Source: Octopus vulgaris
Lineage: Eukaryota
Reading direction: 5' to 3'
Length of the DNA stretch: 64,000 nucleotides
NCBI GenBank assembly: GCA_951406725.2
Contig: OX597843.1
Span: forward strand, 21,080,001-21,144,000
The position numbers and the translations under genes were made by a program. The notes under the pieces are model-generated. The model worked only from the letters and a program-made list of their open reading frames with translations. It made no database searches and had not been told where the DNA came from. Shown here piece after piece: positions 1 through 10,992 of this stretch (the stretch's first letter is position 1; every line of letters begins with the position of its first letter).

Positions 1-797
1 TTCAACAACAGCCGCCTTCCAAATAAAAAACGGAGTAAAGCAAGGTTGTGTCCTTGTTCCTACATTATTTGGCATCTTCTTCTCGCTGCTGCTCTCACAT
101 GCCTTTCAGACATCAGATGATGGAGTGTTTCTGCAGAGTAGAAGTGAAATGCTATTTGCTGATGATGCCGCTCTGGTATCACACACAGTAGAAGCCCTAC
201 AAAGGCTCATCAGCTGTTGTGAGCAGGCATGTAACGATTTTGGCTTAGCTATCAGCCTCAAGAAGACCAACATCATGGGTCGGGCTATACCGGACATCCC
301 AAACATACATATTGGAGACCACAGATTACAGGAGGTGGAGAGGTTTACCTATCTTGGCTCTACCGTCACCTACAACCTATCCCTTGATGTTGAGCTCAAT
401 ATACGCATTGGCAAAGCATCTGCTGTGATGGCCCAACTCTCGGAACGAGCATGGGACAACATTAAGCTGACCAAGAACACAAAAATGAAGATTTATCAGG
501 CATGTGTACTGAGCACTCTACTGTATGGAAGTGAGACTTGGACGCCATTCACACGCCAAGAGCGTCGCCTAAATATCTTTCACCTGCGCTGCCTCTGGAA
601 AAGCCTTCGCATCAAATAGCAGAATCATGTCCCCAACAAAGATGTCCTCAAGCAAGCAGGAATACCAAGCATGTTTGCACTCCTCACACAAAGACGTATG
701 AGATGGCTTGGGCATGTTAGCCGTATGAAAGATGGCAGAATCCCCAAGGACATACTCTACGGAGAGCTTGCTAGGGGCACTAGGTCTGTGGGAAGAC
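1..797 (+). mobile_element. RTE-clade LINE fragment (RT C-terminal half), cut by the window edge and by a Hero insertion
   Basis: ORF 125-619 reads EMLFADDAALV...FTYLGS...KIYQACVLSTLLYGSETW. Near-identical to about 19860-20710. Confidence 0.9.
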
Positions 798-1950
798 TGC
801 ACTATATGGAAAAGCCGTGCTGCAATTACCAATAACTTCAATCGCCGAAGAATATAAAGCAGGAAAGGCAAGGACAGTAATGATGCTAAGGTATTCAAAA
901 GATCAGAGCATCCGGGAAAATCTTTCAAAGGTACGATCAGGGAGGAAATGGAAGGCGGAAGAGGCAGTAAACAGGGTGATAGAAAAACTAAAGCACGCAG
1001 ATATAGTCGGAGCGACGCAAGAAGCTACAACCGGCCTAGGGTCGCAAAATTTCAGGCCATTTTGCAAGAGCAGTGTAAAAGAGATGAAAGAGGCATTGGT
1101 ATACGAAGTGAGAAAGGAGGAAGAAGAAAGGCGAAATGTACATTTTGTGCGATGCAGTTGAAATGGACAATGCCTGAGATGGCAGGAATATGTGATGAAC
1201 CGCAGAATATCATGGAAGGAACTTTAGGCTTGGGAACAAGCAAGAACATCCTTCCTGATCACCGGCGAACTTAGTCCGGTGGAACATAAACAAAACCGAT
1301 GAGTGCAGATGCGGAGAGAAAGCGACGGTTAGACATGTTCTGTCAAGTTGCAGACTAGCACTTGATTTAGTTCTATGGAACAGAGACCGGAGAATGGGAA
1401 TTTTACTAGAACTGACAGTACCATAGGCAATGAAACTAAAGGAGAAGAGGTACGAAAAGCTAATAGAAGAATGCAGAGAACAGGGATGGAATGTCGAATA
1501 TTATCACCTGGCAGTTGGGGATAGAGGCTTCATTGAAAAGAAAATGACAACGCTTTTCAAAATAAGATTTGTTTTCTCTAGCCCCGAGCTGCGTAAACTA
1601 ATAAGGAGAGTACAGGAGGCGGTCGAGAAAGCCAGCTTCTATATATGGCTGAAGCGGGAAGACCGAAAATGGCATGAAAGTCATAAACACGCCGACGGGA
1701 AATAACATCATTAGGTGAGACAAGCTGACTGACAGGTGACGGTCGTTTAGAAAAAGCGCGGGCTAAAACTACTAGCCTTCACTAGTCAGTTAAGGTGGAC
1801 AGTGTCACGTGACAACTTGCTGGGGCTTACAGCCGGAGCCTGCCGGTAGGCATTTGGGATGTAAGATTTGACAAGTCATTCAGTCACCGACTGACACTCA
1901 CTGACGATACATCGAAGAGGCCAGGGAACAGAAGAAAGAAGAAGAAAGAA
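796..1950 (+). mobile_element. 5'-truncated, internally deleted Hero-type RLE non-LTR retrotransposon
   Basis: TALYGKAVLQLPITSIAEEYKAGKARTVMML...SGRKWKAEEAV, a CCHC remnant near 1300-1350, and an RLE tail (ELTVP...KEKRYEKLIEECREQGW...VGDRGF). GAA-rich end. Confidence 0.8.
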
Positions 1951-2199
1951 GACACATACCCAGCACCAGAGCTGGAGACACCTCCGAAAGTGGGGGGGGA
2001 CGTCAAAACGGTAAAGGAGTAAGGGCTGAAACCGGACGTGGTTCCTCCTGATGATGAGTTAACTGGATCCTATAAAGGAGCTGTTGGGGTAGCAGACCAC
2101 GAAACACGGTTGTAATTCCTAAGTATAAATTTATTACAATAAGAGAAATAAATAGAATAATAATAAATAAAAATAAAGCATACAATGGCAAATTAAAAG

Positions 2200-5100
2200 A
2201 CGAATTAAAATTCTAGCTAAATGTACATAGAAGATAATAATTATACAATTTACAAAAATATAAGTTTACAGAGATACACAGAAGTCCCTCTACGGGCAGT
2301 TTCGGAGACGCGCCAATTAATATTAGTCAATTCATATACTAAAAATTGGCACTCCCCTCATCAGGTTATCCTATACATACAACACATAGTAAACGTGAAC
2401 AAATACACAATTACATACCGGCCATATTCAGAAACGAGACATTACGTACTCCCAGAAATTTTTCTCCGATCCTGAATGCTACTTTATACGCATATAATTC
2501 GATCCAGCAGCCATAGTAAATGGTATGCACACAGCGCCATCTGGACCATTTCACTTCTGCACTTATTTTATTTTATTTTTCTTCAATCTTATAAGTTCTC
2601 ACATACATGCAAAGCCACGTATTCGGGTTCAAGTCCTTGACACATTTTATACTAATAGCTATTTTTTCTTTTAATAATTACATTACTTTAGTTTTATTTC
2701 CTTCACTACTTACTATGCTTACTAAATTTAATTCAATTGTTATTGCTTAGCTCTAACTTTTATTGCTATTTCTATTTCTAAATTTCTTATAGAACGTCGA
2801 GTGGATCTTATGCGTACACGCCGGTATTGTAACAGTGAACTTATTTAACACTGCGTTGTTGTAATTTTTCAATATAGTATATGCTTCCCTTATGCATAAA
2901 CCGCATCTAGTGGACCCAATTCTATAAGGGGAGGCATGCGCAAGGATAGGCCATAATATTTTTTTAATTCATCATTCCTTTCCTTAAGGTCATTAACATG
3001 TAATGCCAATGTTGTAGAGGTCCTATATTTAGGAATGTTGAAAGACCTCAGGTGGGATCGATACCTCTGCTTAAAGTCTACTGTGCTTCCAACATATATA
3101 TTTTCTCTGGACTCCTTGAGCCTCAACACTACATTTATAAACTACATTTTCCTGGCGACAATTTCCGCTAATCGGACATACTGATGATCCCCCTACAATT
3201 ACATTTCTTCAACCTGCTACGGGGTCTCGTATTACTGATCACTCCGAAACCATGCCCCCTCCCAGTACTAGGATCCACCATATCATTTACACCATCGTTC
3301 CTACTATTTTCCTGTATATGTATTGTTATATGTATATGTATTGTTATTCTTACTATTACCATCATTCTTATTTTTACTTTTATTTTTACTAATATTTGTA
3401 TTACCATTATCACTACAATTAACACTATTATTACCACCCTGATAATCATTATAATCAATAATATCATCACCAACATCCTTATTATGATTATCTCTACTAT
3501 TTGTCATTCCAATACGCCCTTCATAATCGATTTCAGAAGACGTACTATTAATATTACTACTATCTTCTATGTCCTTAATGAATTTTCCATTAAAGCTTCT
3601 GTCATCATTTCTATCATTATAGCGCCTTATTTTACTTCTGTTCAACGAAGCAACAATAGATACGACATTGGGAGTGTCTGAGTAGGCCAAATTGATTGTT
3701 GACTTGTTACATATTGAATAGTACTTATGGTGTTTTGGGAAATTTTCCTTCAATAACTTTAAAAATAGCTTTGGTAAACCTTTCACCCTTAATGAAAAGG
3801 GAGAGGCAAACCAAGTAACTTGACGAATCCTAGACTTAGTATTAATAATGGGATTACAATATGTTGCTTGACTTGATGTACTAAATGTAAGGCCATTCCT
3901 GTATCTATTAGTAATATTTATATTTTTATTTTTACTACTATTAGTATTATTCTTATTCCTATTTTCAACTTCACTAGACCTAAGCCCAACTTTAAACCTC
4001 AATTCACATTTATGACTCCTTTTATTTGCAACCCCTTCCCTCCCGTTGCTGTTATCATCCATGGTATTTTCATCATTACAATTCTCATTATTAACCTTAT
4101 TAACGTGGTTACCATTTACAAAACCAACCACATCACATTTATTTCTCTTATTTCCAAATCTCATTTTATCAGCATAAATATTGGTCATTATCAGCTTGTT
4201 GCGAGTTCCTTGGGGATCATGAGGGGAGCCTCTGCTATCCGAAATCCGTTTCATACCGTCGCTGACCATGCTGGACAATTTAATTTTGAATTTTGAATTG
4301 TGTATGTATTCAATATTGTCTGTGAACCCACTCAATTTTAAGGCATTGTTGTATATTGGGGCGTGTTGATTAAAGATGCCTTTATTCGCTGATAGGTTTG
4401 AGATTCTGATAGAAATTGCAGTTATAATGCTATTGATGGTTGATTTGGGATGATTTGAGGAAACATTGATATATCGGAAAGTTTGGTTTGGTTTTCGGAA
4501 AGGGAAGTGTAAGCTAGTATTCAGATCGAGAGTAATATCGAAGAAATTTGCCACTTTAGGATTATTCTCAAAAACGATGCTCAAATTATAAAAGTCCTTG
4601 AGAGATTCTCTAAGGTCCTACTTCATTCTTTCAATATGAGGATTTGAATGATTAGAGAAGATGAATAATGCGTCATCCCAATAAATCCCTTTGGAGATGG
4701 GAAAAACCGCTTAAACTTGTCTAACAAAAATAGACCAACAATATCCGTTACTTGAGCCGAGTCCGATGATCCCATAGTGATGTGGAATAAATTAAAATAA
4801 TCCGATTTAGACCAGTGGTGCTTTCCATAATTTATCAAAGTCATTCTTGCTGCTTGAATAATATCAATATCTAGATTCGATATTTCAACAAAGTTCCGGG
4901 CTAAAATGATTGCTTTATTCAGTAAGATGGGAGAGATCGAGGAGTAGTAATTCGAAATACCAAATTGTACAAATGAAGATGAGTCATCACATTTAATTTT
5001 GTGAAACCAATATAAAACATCATTGGTAGATTCCCATAAGGGCAACATCGTCCTTTCTCTTATCAGTGGAATAATTCTATCCAATATGGATTTGCTGGTT

Positions 5101-5410
5101 CTACCCAAGAGAGATTTAATTGGGAAAATTATTCGTATTGACAGTTTGGCAAGAAAATCTTTTTAATGGGCCTTTAGGGTGCAGTACGGGGTCTTAGGAT
5201 CATAAGGTTGCGTGCAGTCAAGGATTCCTAATTCAGAAATTAAGTCATACTGTCTATTATTAATGTCGGCAAGAGACGATTTCTTGGCGATTTTGTGTTT
5301 AGCGTGCAGCTCTTTGGATATCAATTCATCATAAGTTTCATAAGGCACTGAATAAATATTGCCTGTTTTATCAGAAAGAATGTGTAGATTAGGATCTAAA
5401 TGTTGGGCCT
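2200..5410 (-). mobile_element. Penelope-like element, Naiad type, frameshifted (RT plus C-terminal GIY-YIG)
   Basis: Minus-strand pieces: ILSDKTGNIY; VQFGISNYYSSIS; TMGSSDSAQVTDIVGLFLL; ANFFDITLDLNT; linker CNCR/GSSVCPISGNCRQENVVYKC across a frameshift; YVGSTVDFKQRYRSH; CGLCIRE. Confidence 0.85.
2286..2370 (-). ncRNA. Type I hammerhead ribozyme motif in the PLE 3' repeat
   Basis: Minus strand: CTGATGA, long stem II (GGGGAGTGCCAATT...AATTGGCGCGTCTCC), then GAAAC TGCCC GTA. Core is intact but stem I pairs poorly. Confidence 0.6.
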
Positions 5411-5518
5411 TATAGATATAAATGAGTATAGGAAGATTTGTATGTGTTTGGTCTTTCTGTGGATTTTGTGATGCTCCTGTGGTTGTTGCTCCCATTGCCT
5501 CCCCGCGGATAAAAAAAA

Positions 5519-5597
<79 letters not shown>

Positions 5598-5610
5598 TAT
5601 ACATATATAT
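5519..5610. repeat. (TA)n microsatellite, one of many (also about 6706-6760, 7034-7080, 9004-9072, 21162-21259, 43451-43518, 58238-58332, 63810-63878)
   Basis: Directly visible dinucleotide tracts. Confidence 0.98.
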
Positions 5611-5611
5611 G

Positions 5612-6704
5612 TATATATTGTTATATTTCGGAATGGTCATTTCGCCCGTTTAGTCAATAAAAAACACACGCACTATATATTTGGTGTTACTTTGCTTCAG
5701 TGTTATTTATTTTTTTACATTAATCTTAATCTTATTTCGGCCAAAGTTCTTTCGTCACACCCCTGTGACCGCATCAGTGGTCCTTTGTTTTCTTTTTTCT
5801 TATTTGTGTCTCTCCTTACTAAACGTCAGCAATTTTGTATTTCTATTGTATGTCTTCATTTGCGCATGTTTATATCTCTATGTGCGTCTATGTTTATTTA
5901 GTGTGTGTGTGGGGGGATGCCTGTAATATTTGTATCTTCTGTTTATATACGTTGATGTAATTTGTTTTTGTTGTTGTTTTTGTTTATTCTTATTTTGTTC
6001 ATGTGTTTACATCTACTAATTATCATTACATATGCTTGTAAGTATGTATATATGTATAAAAACAATACTAGTAATAATAATAATAAATAGAAAAAAATAT
6101 AAAATTGTTATTTATTTCTATTTGTTAATTTATCTGTGTATTTATTATGTTTTCGGGATCCTCTACCGTCATATATTGTGGTGTGTACTAGTGTTCCATT
6201 CTAGTTTTGTATTCAGGCTAGGTATATTTTCTATTATATGTGTAGCTTCTGTAATTTGTCTGATTGTTGCATCTGTTCTATGTGTGGACAATATTTTAAC
6301 TTCTATGTTGTTGTTTGAACCCCTGTATTCCTGTTCGGCGTGTTGGTACAGAATCGATGAGCCTTTACCTTCCTTGAGTTGTCTCCAATGACCATTTACC
6401 CGCTCTGCTATGCTTAATGCTGTTTCCCCTACGTATGTCGTTGTCTTATTACTGCATCGTCCCTCTACACATCTTATACTATAGACACAATTTCTGGCTT
6501 TACAGGAGTGTGACGAAAGAACTCTGGCCGAAATAAGATTACGATTAATATAAAAAATAAATAACACTGAAGCAAAGTAACACCAGATATATAGTGCGTG
6601 TGTTTATATTGGCTAAACTGGCAAAATGACCATTCCGAAATATAACAACATTTGTGTAAACACACGACTTCACATAAAAAATATTGCACAACAAATACAT
6701 AAAC

Positions 6705-6705
<1 letters not shown>
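5612..6705 (-). mobile_element. 5'-truncated Penelope-like element (GIY-YIG end) with an inverted partial pLTR, flanked by (TA)n
   Basis: ORF 6169-6567 reads NCVYSIRC...TYVGET...ERVNGH...RQITEATHI...PSLNTK. About 6500-6650 is the reverse complement of about 5617-5766. Confidence 0.85.
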
Positions 6706-6763
<58 letters not shown>

Positions 6764-6824
6764 TAAAACGGTAAGATAACAAAAGAAAGAAAGAGACCTC
6801 AATATTATGTAAATAGAGGAAATT

Positions 6825-7030
6825 TATCTATACAATAATATGTTACATTACTGGATAGTCAAGATAAAACTCTGAGTTTCAGATGCCAAAGTGGAAATCC
6901 ACAACACCATCTCTTCGGTTATCTGGCTATTTTCCAGATAACCGAAGAGATGGTGTTGTGGATTTCCACTTCGGCATCTGAAACTCAGAGTTTTATCTTG
7001 CCTATCGAGTAATGTAGCATATTATTGTAT

Positions 7031-7035
<5 letters not shown>
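6825..7035. repeat. About 210-bp foldback palindrome (about 102-bp arms, 7-nt spacer at 6927-6933) made of two inverted PLE-like ends
   Basis: TATCTATACAATAAT...TTATCTGG ctatttt CCAGATAA...ATTATTGTATAGATA. The adjacent 6761-6825 resembles the reverse complement of about 43585-43650. Confidence 0.9.
6936..6998 (+). ncRNA. Minimal hammerhead motif, U4C core variant (mirror copy on the minus strand at 6862-6924)
   Basis: Stem I AGATAA/TTATCT, core CCGAAGA, stem II GATG..GTGGA-TT-TCCAC..CATC, then GAAA-CTCAGAG-TT with a GUU triplet. Confidence 0.6.
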
Positions 7036-7088
<53 letters not shown>

Positions 7089-7325
7089 GTATGTATGTAT
7101 GTATGCATATATGAGGAGGCAAAACTATATAAAAATTTGTTGTTCACGATGCACCTAAATTTGGATTTTTTAAAAATAACCTTATTTGAATTGTTTTTAA
7201 ATAACCTTTTTTACATACATACCAAACTAGTTTCAACAATACTTTTATCAATTGTAAAAATTTTAAATAATGAACTAGAAAAACATGTTTCAATGTTTAC
7301 AAGTGTCAGTAATATGAAATATGAT

Positions 7326-7930
7326 TTAAATATTCATAACATTCAATAATATAAAAAAATGTGGAAGATCTTGTTTGAATGCATAAAATTCAAAAGATCC
7401 ATTAGAAATGTGTATCATCAGAGTTTCGGCCATACAGGGTAAAGAAGGAGAAAAACAAGGGAGAAATTGAGATAGTGGAATAAGGGAAATCTTTGAGCAC
7501 AGTCCCTGTGAATCATTTTCCGTCGTGTGCAAGGACTTTTGCTTGTAACGGCGTTTTTTGGAATTGGATGTGTTTACAATTATATCCGTGAACCGATCTG
7601 ATATTTGATTCATTAAATTACAGGTGACGTTTAATTTTTCTGGTGGGCAAGGTTGTTGTTCTGTCTGATTGAGTTCCCTGTGGGGGACGGGCATAAGCCA
7701 TTCCAGTAGGTTGATTCTCTTAAAGCGTCACTTTGTTGTGTTTGCTCATGTTCGGTTCTGATCAAATGTACAATTTCAATGAATTATGTGACATCAGCAA
7801 CTGGTGTTTATATGGTGTTATTGTATGGCGATTTGGATTTGCTATTTCGAAACCCGCGTTGATGACTGGTACTAAAGATTTTTGAATTATGTCTGTTGCA
7901 TCTCGGTTTTTTATTGTGGAAAAATTGTTT
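7326..7930 (-). pseudogene. Possible decayed coding segment of unknown family (copies at about 21490-22085 and 58565-59165)
   Basis: A composite minus-strand frame of about 200 aa needs one stop and one frameshift. No TE motif recognised. Confidence 0.3.
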
Positions 7931-8049
7931 CTTTTTCCTTTTTCTGTTTAGTGTTTAAACAGAGGTGAATAAGCGAGAATGAATTAAACGATATTCTTTA
8001 TTCTATAACACTACCATTGTATATTGTTCAGATGATGTAATTAATATAT

Positions 8050-8356
8050 AGTGCATGGATCAGTGGTTAGAGCGTGGAGCTTACAATCGTGAGGTTGTGA
8101 GTTCGAATCCTGGACCGGACTGGGTATTGTATTCTTGAGCAAGACCCTTTATTTCGCGTTGCTCCAGTTCACTCAGCTGTAGAGTTGCGACGTCACAGGT
8201 TCCAAGCTGTATCGGCCGTTGCCTTTCCCTTAGATAGAGAGGGGAGGCCGGTATGCATGGGTGACTGCTGGTCTTCCATTAACAACCTTGCCGGACTTGT
8301 GCCTGGGTGGATAACTTTCTAGGTGCAAACCCATGGTCAGTCATGACCGACGGGGT
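8050..8356 (+). mobile_element. tRNA-derived SINE (copies at 22208-22480 and 59292-59565 share a deletion of the B box)
   Basis: A box TGGATCAGTGG, B box GTTCGAATCC, and central CTTGAGCAAGACCCTTT...CAGTTCACTCAGCTGTA. Confidence 0.8.
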
Positions 8357-9000
8357 TCTCAGTTCAATCCTTACCATCTACTGTAGGTGTAAAATATGCT
8401 TTTATTTGAGTATTTCAATAAGTTCTACGTTAGATCATAGAATCATTTCACAGACACATGTTCCACCTTTGAAGAATGGCAGTGGTCACACAAGATATTA
8501 ACCATATCATCTCATCAATGAACTACGTGTGTGATGTATAGACACAATTGCAGGGATATGGAATAAAGAATGTCGTTGAAACCATCCGCTTATTCCTCAT
8601 CAGCTTTGTATATATGTATGTATGTATGTCTGCATGAATGTATGTATTTATGTATGTATGTATGTATGTATGTATGTATGTATGTATGTATGTATGTATG
8701 TATGTATGTATGTATGCATGCATGTATGTAAGTATGTATGTATGTATGTATGTATGTATATACCATTCTTTCCTCTTTCACTTGTTTCAGTAAGTTGACT
8801 GCTTTGCAGCAGGAGAATCACCTTAAAGTATGTAACTCGAACGAATCGAGACCACTAACTATTCTTTTAAACCCTGGTACTTACCCTGTCGACCGCTTAT
8901 GCGATATCGCTAACTGACGAGAAATTAAACGCACTAACATAGGTTGTGAAGAAGAGTACAAACATAGAGACTAAGTCACACACACACACTCGCACACATA

Positions 9001-9071
<71 letters not shown>

Positions 9072-9077
<6 letters not shown>

Positions 9078-9500
9078 GAGTTAGGACTCTAGTCCATGGA
9101 GCGAAAACCGGAGAGGTATGTAGTGATGTGTGTGGAAGTTACCAGGGAAGCTGTTATCAAACTATGGAATTCAGAATTATACCAGACGTCACTGCACTGT
9201 TCCAAAAATCCCGGCTCTCTCATTTAATATTAGGAGAATGTACTGCAATAGTTTGGAGTTCAAGTGCTCACAGATATTTAATGCCTTGCCAACACATCTG
9301 AGGAGTGGGTGTAGATGTTACACCATACAACTTGACCTCTTTCTATCCAAGTGAACCAATATCAGGGTAGGAAACCCAAAAGACTGCAGCGGTAGCGAAC
9401 TCTGGCCAATCCCATAAACTCGACCAGTCGAAAAGTGTTTACACTGGTGGGGCCCTAGCATCGACACATCCTTAGGATTAAAACATATAAAAGAATAAAT
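9072..9500 (+). mobile_element. Decayed LINE 3' fragment, CR1/L2 group (copies at about 23541-23915 and 60649-61025)
   Basis: ELRLYSMERKPERYVV..WKLLGNLVSN..GRHC..QIFNALP..LDLFLSK is a typical LINE ORF2 tail. Confidence 0.7.
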
Positions 9501-9521
9501 GAATATATATATATATATATA

Positions 9522-10210
9522 TGAATGAAGTTTTGAAAATGCAATTTTAAAAGATGTTTATTTACTTGACCGGTTTCACTCTCTTAGAAAAAGATTGTCA
9601 AAAGAAACATGTAAAAGCTTTGTTGTGTTAGGTACTGATTGTCTACAATACATATACACATTCCTTGATAATCATATGAACTTTGAGGTTGTATATAAAT
9701 GTACAATGAGGGAGATATGTTTAGTTTGAACTGACCTAATTCCCCATATTATCGTAAAAGCTTTTACGATAATATGGTGAATCAGGTCAGTTCAAACTAA
9801 ACATATCTCCCTCATTGTATATTTATATACTACCAAAATGTAACCTTTTTGAACTTATAATTTTCTGTGTGTATATATACAGATACAATACCTATTTTAC
9901 TCTGAACTTTTTAATAATTCTTTCTGTAAGCTGTTTTTAACATTCTATTTTTATTATCAAAGAATGTATATATGTATTGTAATGTTTTGTACCCAATATT
10001 TTAATGAACTTGTCAAATTTCTTTAATATTTTCACAAGATTTTCCCTTATTATCAAAGAATGCATATATGTATTGTAATATTTTGTGACAACCAGTACCT
10101 AACACAACAAAGATTTTACATGTTGCTTTTGACAATTCTTTCTAAATAACTGAAACTGGTCAAGTAACTAAACATTTTTAACGTTGCATTTTCAAACCTT
10201 GTTTCATATA
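9522..10210. repeat. Spacerless foldback centred at 9760/9761 with hammerhead motifs in the outer arms (copies centred at 24157/24158 and 61266/61267)
   Basis: CCATATTATCGTAAAAG|CTTTTACGATAATATGG. Inner arms are about 70 bp; more diverged outer arms are also present. Confidence 0.9.
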
Positions 10211-10289
10211 TAATTCCACTCGTGCGGTACCTTAAAACTCGAAACATTACGTACGACAGTGGGTCGTACGTAATGTTTCGAGTGTATGG

Positions 10290-10560
10290 CGCAGGAATAA
10301 ATCACAGCTTAATCAAGACCATCTTCATCATTTTTTCCGACAACCTCGGTATTGTGCATTGGGAGATTATTCAGGGAGGACGTTTGGGGAAAATGACCGG
10401 ATCTGGATTCGCGAAGTATTGAATGTTTCACGACAAAAATGCACCTATCACCTCACTCGTAGGTTTCTTGCCAAAAACAACATGCTATCGCTTCCACACC
10501 TGCCCTATTCGCGAGATTTACCACCTGCTGACTTGCATCTGTTCCTCAAGATGAAAAATA
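10290..10560 (+). mobile_element. mariner transposase C-terminal remnant (longer copies at about 24715-25165 and 61825-62275)
   Basis: FLAKNNM..LPHLPYSRDLPPADLHLFLKMK, and YSPDLPPAD in the copies, match the mariner YSPDL motif. Confidence 0.8.
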
Positions 10561-10910
10561 CACGGGTTTGTTCGGTTGGAAAGCAGAGTACACGGAGAAA
10601 GACTGAATACAGAAGCAAAATTCCTATCACGCAGCCATGCCAACGCCTAAGAATATGCACACACACACACACACACATACAAAATACACACACACACGTA
10701 TGACGGAAATGGAAAATGGATTTTACGTGATACATTAATCATTACTTCCGTTTCAACCCGTCTTCAATCGGCCCCTTACGGATGAGATAATGGTCGATTG
10801 GCCGCGGTGCATCTTTCTTTGCAGATGTTTCTCATCAGTTGACATTTCAAAAAGTACTCTGCTCAATAAACTCGGTTTCACTTGGTTCGATTATAAAGTA
10901 TTTCGTTAGT

Positions 10911-10940
10911 TAATACTACTACTACTACTACTACTACTAC

Positions 10941-10992
<52 letters not shown>
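10911..10992. repeat. (TAC)n(TAA)n tract: empty target site of the Dong-like LINE
   Basis: Flanks TTTCGTTAGT and TTTTAGTACGAATAAG are the same as those around the filled site at 25571-26820. Confidence 0.9.

Noticed and set aside
2044-2116. Additional plus-strand hammerhead (CTGATGA...GAAAC..GTA)
   Set aside because: Core words are present but stems I and II do not pair convincingly.
2890-3215. Selenocysteine-encoding Naiad (UGA at conserved Cys positions)
   Set aside because: The linker and C-terminal Cys codons I could read are TGT or TGC. The break near 3190 is a frameshift in a G run, not a UGA.
5163-5926. ORFs with YIYIYI, HTYI, poly-L, poly-Y or poly-S runs, here and throughout the window
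   Set aside because: They are translations of stop-free microsatellites.
8050-8125. Functional tRNA genes at SINE heads (also 23132 and 43071)
   Set aside because: No proper acceptor stem is evident, and each runs into a SINE body with multiple copies.
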